Source of the DNA: Epiperipatus broadwayi
Lineage: Eukaryota; Animalia; Onychophora
NCBI GenBank assembly: GCA_028023455.1
Contig: JAQFVV010000002.1
Coordinates: forward strand, 6,572,001 to 6,636,000
Direction: 5' to 3'
Length of the DNA stretch: 64,000 nucleotides
Position 1 is the stretch's first letter. Every line of letters begins with the position of its first letter. Shown here piece by piece: positions 39,601-52,997 of the stretch. Below the pieces are notes generated by a model. It was not told where the DNA came from. It worked only from the letters and a program-made list of their open reading frames with translations, and ran no database searches. A program made the translations under genes and the position numbers.

Positions 39601-39830
39601 ATTGAATCAATGAATTGTTATATAATCTTAATACTTGTGGACTTATACTTGCACTGGACAGAATATACAATAATCAAAAATATTAGTGCAGAGAGTACCA
39701 TTAGAGGACTGAAAGAGAACTTTGCAAACAACAGTTATCCCAAGACTATTGTGATGGATTTACCAAGTATGGTGGTATAATTGAAATATTAGTAATTACA
39801 AAATATATCAGCCTATAAGAAGCACCAAAT
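36680..39830 (+). mobile_element. Decayed Gypsy LTR-retrotransposon internal region (gag-PR-RT-RH-IN); no LTRs seen
   Basis: HCRKNDHFKKNCRFRSEQCNVCK knuckle; IDCG..LLGRKW protease; WDIPVVVIMKLNGNL and YLDD RT; SRTLSSVEKNYNQID..ALAIIF RNase H; HQDHP..WPKLNQDVKQMVKKCIHC and LILVD..IVMD integrase. Confidence 0.85.
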
Positions 39831-40569
39831 CAAATAATTGGTATATTCCTTCAGATTACCAATTTTACCTACTCTATTCCTAATAATACTTATACTAACT
39901 TTAAATCCCATTGAGTGCTCATATATCTATATATCTACATCTGTTTAAATTTATATCCATTGAACATCATTATATATGTATCAGCTCATGTGAGTATCTG
40001 TAATATGTAATAGATCTAGCATATTTATATTTGAAAATCTTTAATTGTTATAAATTTAGGCATACAAGTTTATTTTGTTAAGGATTGCATATATATGTAT
40101 AATTTCACCTGTGACCAGCATACATATATAATAGAATGTTTATGTAATAATTTTTTAAGTTCTAAATTTAAAAATCAATCTTGTTAAGTGAAATTACACC
40201 ACATATACCTGTTTTAAAATTGCATGGCGACTAAATATAAAATTTACAATAACAAATTTTAATGTACAACTTAGTAAAAGCAAAGTCATCAAGCAGCACT
40301 ATTTTCTATTTCATTGGAGATTGAGTTGGCTAAACTAAGCTGAAATTGTGTGATTAGAAAATTTAAGAATAGAAAAACTAAATTTTGTAACTTTGAGTAA
40401 AACTTGTAAACATGAATAATGAATTTTTAAGCTGCAAATCTAGTTTGTGGGGAAATGTAATATAGGGGTAGAAATTAGTATATAATTCCCTATATTACAG
40501 CATTGTAAAAGAGGTATGCCCTATAATTCAAGAGTGTTGCCACACAAAACTAGGTCAGTCGTAATTATA

Positions 40570-40840
40570 GAATGAGTGGCGAGAAAGGCCAACAATTTGC
40601 CATTTCTTCCTACAAAAGAACAGTTACTTGCAAATCCATCTTACATGCTGCCATAGTGTAAGTAACCACCATCATAGCCAGAATGGAGAATTCCAGCCAT
40701 CACCTTCTGCCAAGAAGGATGTCAGGAACAAGCAACTTATTAAGAGAAAGTACCAGTGCCTACTCCCAAATGCTGGACAGCTCAGCTACAAGAAGAAAAT
40801 TGGTAGTACTTCTTCGCCAAAGAGCTCTATAAATTTACTT
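40570..40840 (+). mobile_element. RTE/CR1-type AP-endonuclease fragment
   Basis: One frame with a single stop: GQQFAISS..ARM..LLP..TSAYSQMLDSS, resembling GVGFAI..RLM..LPL..ISAYAPTL. Confidence 0.4.
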
Positions 40841-41689
40841 TAAAAATCTGTACATTTATTAAGCTAGCTATTATGAATGTTCATTTAAACTATAAATTCC
40901 CATTTAAATTAAAACTCTTTTAAAGTAAAACTGTCTAAATGTAACCATAATCTTGCCTGTAAATTAATAACTACTCATTTAACTATAATAACCATAATAA
41001 GCTATTATTTAAAATCTCTTATAATCTGCGGCCATACCTATCTTTCTATTTGATTATTTTATTTCAACTAAAATTTTTATATGTTATGATATGCCAATGT
41101 GGTTCAAAGCAATGAGTGATTAATTTAATAACATTTGGGAGAGACAATTAGATGTTCTCCAATGTAAGATCATCCCTACTTTTTAGCTGGTAGGAATCGC
41201 TACTTCAAAATCCTATTCTGTGAGATAACAACAGATTGCTACACACTCATTGTTATCTATATTTATTTATTTTAATATTTGTTAGTATGTTTATTAAGGT
41301 TTGCCTAATCAGTTTAAATCATGATTATATCTACTAGTTAGATAGTGACCAGGGATGATATTTGAAGCACATTTGTAAATGTTGTAAGGGCTGAAGTATG
41401 TTTTCTCCTCCTAATATATTATAAATAATTATATACAGATTCAATACATATAAACTAGATTGATATTTAGTTAACACTTTTTAGCATAATTATTATATGC
41501 TATCTTATGAGCTAGGTCAAGCTAGTTTCAGCCAACAAAAACTATATTTATATTTAGGTGAACTTATTTACATACATTTAATTTCAAATAAGAATGAAGA
41601 ATTGTAAATTCTAATAAATTTCACCAGTGTCATTCATTCAAGCATGTAAAAATAATTTAAAGTGATTATTTAATATCTTCACACTTTCA

Positions 41690-41830
41690 AACACTTAAGA
41701 TTCACCCATACAAAAGCGTTTGGGTTCGAAAAGATAGATGGCCATTCTATCTTTTCCAATGACTTTATCATGTGGTTGTAGCATTAGTATTCATTCATTT
41801 TATATTTAAAATCCAAAGTGCATGTGCAAC
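41690..41830. mobile_element. HP-1 foldback family fragment (single arm)
   Basis: cttaagattcacccatac..cgtttgggtt.gaaaagata..ttctatcttttc..gactttatc matches 19000-19080. Confidence 0.6.
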
Positions 41831-42749
41831 AGTTTAATGCTGTTTAAATATTATTAGTTATTTTATGTACATATTAATATTAGCATTAAGCATTGTGAGG
41901 GTGTCTTTATTAAGCACATAGTGAGCAATAATATCTTGCTGCTCCTCTTTAAGATAGTTTATGGTATCAAACCACTCATTCTATAGTTCAGATGATTATA
42001 TATTTTAGAAAAGAACAAGAGGGTCCAGAACAGTTTTCAAAGCTTATCTGACATCCCAAACTGATGTGTTCTTTAATATAATAAAAAACTGTTCAGTGCA
42101 AGGGCACTGAGTATTAGGTACTAAAGCCTGTGAGCAATTATACATTCATACTGCAATCTTTAATTTAATATTTTAGTGTGATAGTCTCCGATGCCAATCT
42201 ATGATAATCAGTTAGTTTCCTCTTTATTTGTAAACATCAACCTTAGCCTGAACTTGGGATCTGGGTTTACCTACTGAATCTGTATTTTGAGTTTATTTAA
42301 TTGCTCATTGCTAATATTTTAAAATTAGTAGCTTAATGTCTTTATCTGTATTATCTTGGTAAATGTTTAACTTACCATTAGAAAGTGTAAAAAATAGCTT
42401 GGAATATTACAATATTAGGCATGAGTCATAGACCACAGATAAAATATAATTGAATTGTGTATCAAAATGAGACCATTGAATCATTGTCCATATCATCACT
42501 GTTGTAATGTGCTGCATGTGTAATCCATTCAACCAATGCTAAATATTTGTGTTCTTTTATTTTAATTAACTTATTCAATTATTATTTTATCAAACATATT
42601 TAAAGTTATCATTTGTTTAATGTTATTTCTTGCAATTCACTCCAAATCATCGACACTATTTATTAATATATTAGGCATGTCCTTAGTTAAATCATAGCAT
42701 GTTGAATAGTTCATTTAAGCTTTAATTATAGTTAAATTATTAATTTTCC

Positions 42750-42970
42750 CCTGAGTCTTATGTGTCTCCCTTTACTCAGCCATCTCACTGAAGAAATTTG
42801 AGACCAAATGTAGCTTTATGAATGTCATTCATAGGGTATTAAATCATGGAGTGCTGGTAAATGAGTTGAAATATGGTCAGATTCGATGTCTCACCACCTC
42901 ATTTAGATCAGCTTTGGTGTAATTTGCCTGGACTCTGGATTTTGTTGCATAAAAGCACAAATATGACCAC
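42750..42970 (-). repeat. Interspersed repeat, homolog at 46425-46655 (+)
   Basis: gtcatatttgt..caacaaaat.cagagt..ggcaaatta.ac.aa.gctgat.ta.atgagg..cactccatgattta..gactcag shared. Confidence 0.65.
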
Positions 42971-43249
42971 TACATAGAATAATTGTTTTTCCAGATTATA
43001 GTTGTGCATCATACCAAATATATTAGCTTGGAAAACTAATTTTAATGACATGGGTATATCTGGTGATCTGTCAACAATTTATATATGTCCGGTTAAGATG
43101 GGACAAACCCTAGCTTCAAATAGTCCAAACAGTACTGTGTGCATTTCTTTTTTGGTTCAGTCATATTATTATCATAAGAAATAAAAACTTTTATTAACAA
43201 ACAGTTTTGACAGCCTGTGATAAAAAAAAAACAATAAAGTATGTACTTA

Positions 43250-44282
43250 TAATATAATCTTCAATAACTTCTCTTCTTTTTTTCCTTCTTTATTTTTGCT
43301 TTTCTAATATATAACATATAACAACCACATTCCACTCTTTTGACACTTTGAAGCAAAATATATTTATTTATTAATTAACATTACAGTTTGACTGTTCCTA
43401 GCAGTCTTTGTCAGATCTACAAAAATTTAAACCTTATATTAATACAACCATATTTCATACATATAACTATTAAATTTTTACAATTTTACCAACTTAATTA
43501 ACTGAGGCTATAACCTCGACAATATGTGTATAAAATGCGATAGTAGGGACCTCTACAGGTGTTTTAACCCCAAGCTTACGCTATGGAAGAAAAAAGGGGA
43601 ACTATGGAAGAAAATAGGGTTCCCCTCTTTTCTTCCATAGCATAAGCTTGTGGGTAAAACACCTGTAGAGGTCCCTACTATCGCATTTTATACGCATATT
43701 GTCGAGGTTATAGCCTCAGTAAATATTACTTATGTAATCAATGTGCGTTTAATAAATTTATAATTACAACTTAATTAACATAACTTTATTCATAAAACTT
43801 ACTATTATATAACTTTAAAATCTACTTTACCCTTTATTTCTATTCTTAGTTATTATCATATTTATATTTATTCACCTTTTTTCTTTTGCCATAATTAAAT
43901 ATATAAAATAAGGTTAAATATATGAATATAGTAATATAAGAAAGATTTCATTAATATTACATTGAATTTATAAAATTATGGCAAAAGTAAAAAAGGTGAA
44001 TAAATATAAATATGATAATAACTAAGAATAGAAATAAAGGGCAAAGTAGATTTTAAAGTTATATAATAGTAAGTTTTATGAATAAAGTTATGTTAATAAT
44101 TAAGTTGGTAAAATTGTAAAAATTTAATAGACATATGTATGAAATATGGTTGTATTAGTATAATGTTTAAATTTTTGTAGATGTGACAAAGACTGCTAGG
44201 AACAGTTGAAACTGTAATGTTAATTAACAAATAAATATATTTTGCTTCAAAGCAAAAGAGTGGAATGTGGTTATTATATGTT
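43250..44282. mobile_element. Large foldback insertion with one-sided tail and 13-bp TSD
   Basis: Arms 43312-43500 + 43778-43900 versus ~43975-44282; TSD aagtatgtactta at 43237-43249 and 44283-44295; 62-nt left tail. Confidence 0.7.
43501..43766. mobile_element. Young nested foldback with one-sided tail and 11-bp TSD
   Basis: ~100-bp near-perfect arms 43501-43720 retaining CpGs; 46-nt right tail; TSD caacttaatta at 43490-43500 and 43767-43777; absent from the opposite host arm. Confidence 0.8.
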
Positions 44283-44979
44283 AAGTATGTACTTACTTGA
44301 AGCAAGATTTTTCTTCAAATTCACATAAATAAAAACTGTATTCTCTGATTTTCATTTCATAGTATTGATCCTTAATAAAGAATTATATTCAAAAGTTCAA
44401 ATCACATCTAAGTATATGTCACATCAAACGACTCAATGTATAGTATTTTATGAAAGCATAAGTAGCAAGACATAGATTCTACTAATATCAAATATTGTCT
44501 CATCCCACTGTGCTCTTGCTTTGATACATTTGATAAGACAATGCACAGACATGTTTGTGCTACATGTATTTTCATGCATTCTTACATGTGATACTTTTAA
44601 TGGTATTTTACCTTTTCATTCATAAGTTTGGTATGTAATATGTTTTTATCAAAAGTGGTTTTTTTTTTAATTATTTTGCTTCTTAATTAGGTACCTATTG
44701 GAATCATTAGATATTTTGAAGTAACAAACAAATAGCAGTAATAAGGGGATCTATTTTTGCTGTCCTCAACCTCCAAATATTTTTATTAAAACTATCGACC
44801 CCTAAAAAGTTCAAATCGACCTCAGGAGGTCAATATCAACCATTTTGGCAACTCTTGTGCTAAATTATGATTTAAATTATATTAATAAATGAACCAATTC
44901 TGATTAACTATTTGGTCAATAACTGTAACAAGAATATACAAACAAGTTTAATTTAATAATACTCCCTGTTTTGCTTAAA

Positions 44980-46040
44980 TCTTTTAAAAAGTTTCATAAT
45001 ACTAAGAGGGTTATTATTACAGTTGCAAATGCAGAAAGTGAAGTTTTTAAGTTTCCATTAGAAGAATTTTGTGCAATGCTTACTGGAAAAAATTATTGGA
45101 ACATTATTTGCAAAGTTTTCTGAGCCCTAACCAGATACATCTATAGAATTCTATAATGTTATTCAAAAAGATTTATTTAACAAAAAACATTTTTTAAAAC
45201 AGTAAAATTGTTGTATTATATTGATATTGATAGACCTCTGTTGCTTACTGGTCAAATTAAGAATGATTACATTGACTTCAGTGATGTAGTTCTATTTTTG
45301 ATTTCTGCTTAAAAAAGTTTGAAATCCTATCAAATGTCAAATACTTGCTAGAGAAAAGATTTAGTATTCTAATATTAACCAACCCAACTGATAATTCAAT
45401 TTATGTTACAGAATCTTCCCTTTTATATAATAACCTTTAGAGAAGTTTCACTACAATGTTTCTTTTGCAAAGAAAGAACTTATATTGTCGAGGATTGCCC
45501 TTCAAGATTTTGTCAACAGTGTGGAATGAAAATGTCTAAAACTCTTCAGTATTCCAAAGATTTGCAACAGCCTATTACTCAATAATTACCTATCTCTATG
45601 CATGGAAATTCTTTCACTTCTGCCATATTGCTATCTTCAAAACTTGTTGCTGGTCTTCTCGCATAAGAATCCATGTTCACTGATGCTGAAACAGTCTGAA
45701 ATGGTTCCCGCCTTTTACTTAGAGAATGATGTCTCATCCTCTGATGAATTTACACTAGTTCAAATGTTTAGGATGAGGAAACCAAGGCAGAGAAAGAAGA
45801 CAATAAAGGATAACCAAGGTTCTGATGCCAAAGTCATTCCTGAATTTAAATACAATTTGAAAGCTGCAAAAAGTGAGTTCCAGGCACCTTCTACTACAGA
45901 AAGACTTAAAAACATAAAAACATTGATTGAAGCTGAGCCTTCCCTGAAACAAATGTGTCTAGAGATCATCATTGAACTAGGCGTGCATTAATTACAATTG
46001 CATCCTTATTGCCAGAACAGCCTTTGATGGAGTAGACTCT
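44980..46040 (+). pseudogene. Decayed gag/LINE ORF1-like frame with CCHC knuckle remnants
   Basis: CFFCKERTYIVEDCPSRFCQQCG has C-x2-C-x9-C spacing followed by C-x2-C (His lost); multiple stops upstream. Confidence 0.4.
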
Positions 46041-46424
46041 AATAAACAGTGTCTAATAAGCATATATCATGAATATGAATATTTCTGGTAGTGCTGATCT
46101 GGCTGTGACTTTGGTATCAAGTTAACTATAGACAGAGAACTGTCTCATTGAGAAGGTGTTTAACAAGGCACAATAAAATCATGTTTTTTTACATTATTGC
46201 ACATTTTGTATTGCTTTTGATTTTACTTACAAATATGTTTAATTCTAAATATGTTTTATTTATGTATATCTCTCCTCAGATTTTATAATAATTGTTATTC
46301 ATTTATACCATTATACGTATTGTTTCCAGACATGATATTAATATAAATTTTAACTAGCCTAAATTCATGAAACTCATGATAAATAAAATTATCTTTCATT
46401 TTATATCTGTATAATATTGTAACA

Positions 46425-46655
46425 GTCATATTTGTACATATATTCAACAAAATTCAGAGTTTTGGCAAATTATACTAAGGCTGATTTAGATGAGGGGTTG
46501 AGATCTCAAATCCAGTTGCAATTGCACCTCAGCTCCTTCACCACCACTCCATGATTTACTATCCTATGAGTGACTTATATGAGGCCACACTCAGACTCCT
46601 TTAGTTCACATGTCAGCAACTGAGGGTGAAACTTGAGGCTCAGAAGTATTAATGA
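46425..46655 (+). repeat. Interspersed repeat, homolog of 42750-42970
   Basis: See the 42750 feature. Confidence 0.65.
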
Positions 46656-47769
46656 CCAAATTACTACATAAATACCCCCCACACACACACACACACATAT
46701 GGTTAATTAGCTAATATATGTGACCACTGCTGAAATTTTTTTGACTGCAACTTTTATATTTTTATTGTTGTTTATTACTTTCTAGATTGTATCTAAAAAT
46801 AAACTTAAAAAATCATATATTTTATTATATAAATATAATAAAATGATAAATTTATAAAAATTGATAATTTTGATAATAAATATAAAATATATGTATCATT
46901 TGTAAAGCAAAATACATAAATGACCACATGTCAGAATAAAGACAATGGTAAAAAGCAACCATTTATTTTAAAAAAATAGTTTTATAATAATAAAAAAAGA
47001 AAAGAAAATATTTCTTTTAGTTCACATATTTAAAACTAGCTTACTAAATTTAACATTCAGAGGTCAAAATTTACTATTTAAAGTTCAAAGTTTAAAATTT
47101 AATTATTCAAAATTTGAAATTAAAATATGATTTAAAAACAATTCAAGTATTGTTTCATCAAAATTATATAAAAAGATTTTTATACTGTAATAAATGACAA
47201 AAGCAATAAAATATAATTTAAATAACGGACAGTTGAAATTACAGTGCAATTAAATTTTTTATTAAATCCTCATGTGCTCTTTCTCATACTTCTGTCTTTG
47301 TTTAGTGGCTGTCATTAGCTACTTGTAAAAACTTGAAGTTTTTTTTATTTATTTTAACAGCTGAATTATGAACAAAAATCTATATTGTAAAATAATTATG
47401 ATGATGCATTGCTGGCTGCCCATTTATTCTAGACATGATCTAATCCCAAAATAATTATTTATTCAAAGTCTGATATGTGATCAAATTTGAACTGCCATTT
47501 CCTAAGTTGAGTTTAACCTACATTAGAATTATGCCTGCACCTATACATGTTAAATGAAAGTCCGGTCTCATGGAATATCTGTATCACTAGAGAGAAGAAG
47601 AAACATGACCTAAATCTTTTAAAAATGTAAAGCGGCTAAGGAAGTTGAAAACCTTAATATGTCTAAATCTACAAGAATGGATTCTATAGCATCTAAAATA
47701 AGTAAGTCAAGAAAATGAAATATACTGAAATAACTTCATAATATAAAAAAACAAAACAGATTAAGTATA

Positions 47770-48130
47770 TAAGGAATTCAAACTCAGACTTTCATATGAT
47801 CCTCAACCTTCCATGCCATCTCATATTGCTGATTCACCTGATCACACACATGTTGAAAAGATAAATAATCACCAATATATGTACTTCATGCTAAACCAGC
47901 GATCATCAGTTGGTTCAGTTTACTATCTCCACACATATATACAATCAGTGCTAAACTTTATATTAAGATAGCCAATCTTCATACTTTAAATGGACAGGCA
48001 TCAAACTACTCCAACCCACAACTTTTCAACCATCCATTTAATTGAAAATCTGATGATGGAATGTTCAAAGCCCACATTAGTGCCAAGGTTGTCATCCTAC
48101 CCATGTTGACATTAATCATTCTGACCCCTC
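47770..48130 (-). mobile_element. HH-B dispersed copy with degenerate hammerhead at 47871-47914
   Basis: Minus: accaa CTGATGA tcgctg gtt tagcat GAAG tacata TA ttggt; B-box-like gagtttgaattcc near 47775; colinear with 59590-59935. Confidence 0.65.
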
Positions 48131-50328
48131 ATGTATGGAGAATAATCCATTTACATACATATGCGAGGGATGGGCAGACCTTTAATGCACTATGTTTCAT
48201 TATGTAATTTAATACACTGTACAGGCTTACACACACCTGCACATATAATGTAATATATAAGGGATTCAAAGGAAAATGAAAATGAATTAATAAATATTAA
48301 GATTAATGAAGGGATTATAACTGGAGACTTTAACAAAACTTTTAATATTGAAAGGGTGATCACCTAAAGGATGGTAACATTTACAATAATTTACTTATGT
48401 ATTTTATTATTATTTACATTTTATAATTTAAAACAAAAGTGTAATAATATTTTGAATGTTTTAATGTATAACATTAAGTTTATTACAATAAGATAGGTCA
48501 TTTTAATCAATATTATTGCATAATAAACGTTTTTATTTATTAATTAATTTAGCCTATTGTTTCTCTTCTCATAAATGCATACCATTTGAATATTAAATTA
48601 TATAGCGTAATGTAAATGAATTGCTTGTATTAATGTTTGACAAAAATAATAAATTGATTTCAAAATAGCCTGTGAGATAAGATTATATAGTCAACCAAGT
48701 TAGTCATGGACTAATTTAACAATGCTAATGGTGTAGAATTTCCTCCCATGGATTTGCTAATAGTTGGGTGGCACCCTGGTTTAAACCAGCCTAAATTCTG
48801 AATCCATAGAGGATGTAATGCAAATTCCCTTCAGTTAATTTGGAGATATTTAATGGCCTGGAAAGGTGACCATGGCCTATAAAATTTTTATGAATATAGT
48901 TTAGTCTGGCTATTAGTATAATTCATGATTAAACTAAATTATATTTCCCTCCTAATTTTATATTACCTCTGAGTTATATGTATTGAAAGTATAAAATCTT
49001 AAAGTTATCTTTCTTTATTATTAAATACTAATCATTCAAATCCTCAGGACCTTTACAATAATAAAGGCAAATTTGCAGTGCTTTATATTTTTTTCATATC
49101 TCAGCAAATACTAGCAATGAATGTATCTATCTGGATGATACATATCACAAACACTGTAATTCTTTGACCATGACTGCAGAAAAATCATATTTTCTTTTGT
49201 TTCACAATTTGACAATAATATTCTGAGATGCTCAATTAAATTGTATGTAGACATCATCTGGAGAATGCATTAGATATCAGTTAGCACTTTTTAATTCTAA
49301 TATCACATGTTTACAATAATTTTAGTTGTTTACAAGATTATTAAAATGAATATTTACAAATTATGTTTTGTAAATATGATTTAAGATTGATTTAAATAAT
49401 GTGGTTTAAACTTTTTCATATATTAAAATACTGGATCCTGTAATTCTTATTGCCCAGGGAAATGCAGTTGAAAATGAATTCTTTTTTGAAGTTGTCCAGT
49501 GATAATATTAAGTGAAGTTCTTAAGAACTTCAGTCACTGGAAGTGATTGTACAAATCTATGATTTATGGACTTTGAATTCCAGAGTCCACATTTCTATCT
49601 TTGCACTAATTCACATGGATTATATATGACATTGTGAAATGCTTAATTAAATTTAATAAAGATGGTTTTTGGAAAATTTATAGTTCCAACAGATTATTAA
49701 AAGATATTTAATTTTAATATTGTCTACAGTCTCCTAAAATTCACCATACATTGAATCAACATATTCCTAGTTATGGATTGGTTGTTATAGCCTCATGGAA
49801 TTGCCTGCAATATCTCTGATTTTTTTCCACTCAACTTTTACTTGTGGGTTCATTTAACAATCATAGTGTGCAATAAAAAGAATAGAAACATGGATTATTC
49901 AAGGAAACACACTGATATGTAATTTCTTTCATAACAACAGATATTTTGGAATGTGATCATCATGAGTGAGGGACAATACTTTATTTATGTGTAGAAAGAG
50001 TTGGATAACATGTAAAAAATATTTTGTAACAAATATTTTGCAAATAGTGTTATATTTAGCCTCAATTTTCCATTTTTTCTATGTATGGTGACTTTGGGGA
50101 CATGCTGTATATAAAAGTTTTCAAATAATGTATTTTTACTCATAGAAATGCATCTATTTTTAAATGGATAGCATTGTGAATATCTTTAGCTTACTTTCAC
50201 TTTTTTGAAGCTATCTGTAGCATTTTATTATTAGTTTTGCATACATTTAATGGCAGAAACTGGAGCTAATTATACATTGAATTTGTTAGTTTAAAAAAAT
50301 CTAAAGATACCCATATTGTAAAGAAAAC

Positions 50329-50384
50329 AGGCAAAAACTCTCCTTATAGTAGTGAGATGGTGATGATGTGATGTTTAGTGGTTT
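50329..50384. mobile_element. HH-A copy D: 56-bp minimal insertion made of the two termini only
   Basis: 14-bp TSD attgtaaagaaaac at 50315-50328 and 50385-50398. Confidence 0.75.
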
Positions 50385-50430
50385 ATTGTAAAGAAAACTT
50401 AGTTGATATAAGTCAATAATATCACTAATT

Positions 50431-50876
50431 TAAAACAGGCAAAAACCACTATATGTATGCCACACACAGCAAACTAGAGTAATTAATGGATGCCAGAAGG
50501 CTTGTGCATAAACCAAAGACACCAAAATGTATGGGAACTGAACTGGGTTGGGCTTGAATTGGAAACATTAAGGTGTTTTTAGTTTAAGACTCATAGTTTT
50601 GTAGTTAAATGGAGATAAAAGGTGGTTGCTGGAGGGTTGCATTAGATCCTAAGATCTAGATACAGTGCTCTCAGATCCAAGGCTCCTCACTGACGAAGGC
50701 CACAAGCCAGAAACTAGTCTGGGGATATTGCATGAGTAGGCACTAGATGGGGATTTTATGCACAAGCCTCCTGGCATCCATTGATTACTCTAGTTTGCTG
50801 TGTGTGGCATACGTATAGTGGGTTTTGCCTGTTTTAACAACAGTTATACACAAGCATAAGAGATGGGGGTCATGTG
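50431..50876. mobile_element. HH-A copy E (head-to-head)
   Basis: 15-bp TSD ataatatcactaatt at 50416-50430 and 50877-50891. Confidence 0.85.
50684..50725 (+). ncRNA. Type I minimal hammerhead ribozyme (HH-A), GUC site
   Basis: tcctca CTGACGA a ggc cacaa gcc a GAAA ctag TC tgggga. Confidence 0.65.
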
Positions 50877-51938
50877 ATAATATCACTAATTGATAAAATC
50901 TTTGTTACTCTTTCAAGTACTTTTTTTTGTATTACTTCAAAAAGAAAAATTGTATATTTTCCGTAGTTTATAGGTTTATGATTATTTTTTGCAAAATATA
51001 TATGTAGAATATTTATTTTAAACAAAGTTATTTATGATTATAATTAGATTTTTATTCAGAAATGATTGTTTTTAAGACGACAAGTTAAGAAAAAGTTTAT
51101 AATAATAAAAAATATAATTACAAATGGTTTTGTTTTAACAAATACTGTAGTAATAAACTGTTATCATTTATCAATAATTATAAAGGTAATTTTAAATTTT
51201 GGAATGAAATTTCATTGCTTTGTGATGACTTAACAAATAATTCACTTGGTATTTGAAAATGGAGTTCAAATAACATATTTTGTTCATTTATTATTTTTAT
51301 TGTCCAAGAATATTTCAGTTTTTATCTTTTTTTTATATTTGCAAAGTTGAAATACTATTTTTAAAACTTTTTATTTGCAAATTCATATTTTTAATAAATA
51401 AAATAAAATTTATTGATATACATTACAGAATCAAGACTTAAAAATAATAAAATGTTGGAAATATAACCCAAATCAACATGGAATGATGCAAAAAACATTA
51501 AAGTGTGAAAGAGAAAATTGTTTTATTAATAAAGCTTTTTTGCCTTGCATACTATGCATGATCATTTTTAAGATGGTGACTCGAATCTGAGGTGGCCCCA
51601 AAATAACTCTATGTGAGATTATCAGATAAACATTTGTTTTGAGTAAAAGTTTGAATTCTACTAGGTTGCTTATTTCTTAGGCTAATCAAACATTTTGTTG
51701 TATGCTTCACCCTTTTGAGTTGCATTTGCTTGATGTCTTAAGAGGCTCCTTCTATTACATTGTTACAGGTCAACCTCCTTGAGTTGGAATTAACTGTTTA
51801 ATGGCCTGGAGCCTTTTTGTCTTAATTGTGAAATATTTCAATTTCTTTGTGTTTTGGCTGTCATTTGTTTAACTATTTGTATAAATTGTAAATTTTTATG
51901 TTATTAATAAATTATGATTTTAAGATTATATATATATA

Positions 51939-52158
51939 TGTAAACTTATAAATAAATATTAGAAAATACAGTAATTAAAATTTTTAAATAGAACAAAAAA
52001 TGTAAACATTACTTAGGAGCGCTTTCAACTATCCTCGCTCCTAAGTGATGTTTTATATTTTTTGTTCTTTTAAAAAAATTTTAATTACTGTATTTTCTAA
52101 TATTTATTTGTAAGTTTACATATATTATTTTGAAAAAATACAGACATCGGTTTATAAT
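51939..52158. mobile_element. Foldback insertion turning at a hammerhead-like 3' half, with tail and TSD
   Basis: Arms ~51939-52125; minus strand GAAAGCGCTC at 52017-52026; ~33-nt right tail; flanking attatatatatata duplication at 51925-51938 and 52159-52172 (low complexity). Confidence 0.6.
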
Positions 52159-52997
52159 ATTATATATATATAAAGCAAATTATGTGTGACATGAAAAAGA
52201 AATTATTAATCTCTTAAGATCAGATTCCCCAAATTAAAAGAAAAAAAGCTTCAAATCTTTCTTAATATTTGAACTTTATTTTTTGCCAAATTTGGGCAAC
52301 AAAATAATTATTTTATGCCCAATAAATATGTAAGATGCAAACTATTATGTTGGGGAAATCAGAAAAACAATTTTTGGAAGATGTAAAACAAAAATTTTTA
52401 AATGTATTGTAGTAAAATATTATTAGAATTGAACATAAATTACTCATGATTAACTTTAATGGATTATTAACTTCCTATTCAATTAATTGTTTATATATAG
52501 AGTAAAAAATGTAAAAAGTCAAAAACAGTTATTTTGTGAAAGACAATTATTTTAAATTATTCAGCATATAAATATTATTTTCTTGTTCTATTGTCTTCAC
52601 TAACTTGTAGTGTTGAGAAATGTTATTAAAGAGATATGTTTAACCATTATGATAATATACGTTATTACAACGATAAATGGAAAAAACATTTTAATATCTA
52701 AAAAGCTGTGAAAATTGACAATCATTTTATATGTGGTGAAAATAAAAAGAAAGGACTATTTTTAAAAGTAGTAACGATTAAATGTCTAATTAATGATTTA
52801 AGTTTTATAACTTGTTGTCATGTTAACAAAAACTTAGCTTTCTAAAGAATTGAAAAAGTTTGACAAATAATGAAATTTCAAACAGGTTATTTTTAAAAAG
52901 AAATATAAAAATTCAGACTATGGACAAGAGCCTCAAATGGCAGTTAGCTGATAAAAGAGTTAATTATGAATACTCAATAAAAAATATTTGACTAGAG

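Noticed and set aside
42780-42920. 46-codon host exon, or a hammerhead at CTGAAGA 42788
   Set aside because: The segment is a repeat shared with 46425-46655; stem I does not pair and GAAA is missing
43501-43720. Tc1/mariner MITE or hammerhead in the inner hairpin
   Set aside because: Ends are ACTG..CAGT without a TA duplication; CTGTAGA is not a valid core and no GAAA follows
44760-44860. Complete hAT element
   Set aside because: Only a right-end-like sequence (..ccattttggcaactcttg) is visible; no matching left TIR or TSD
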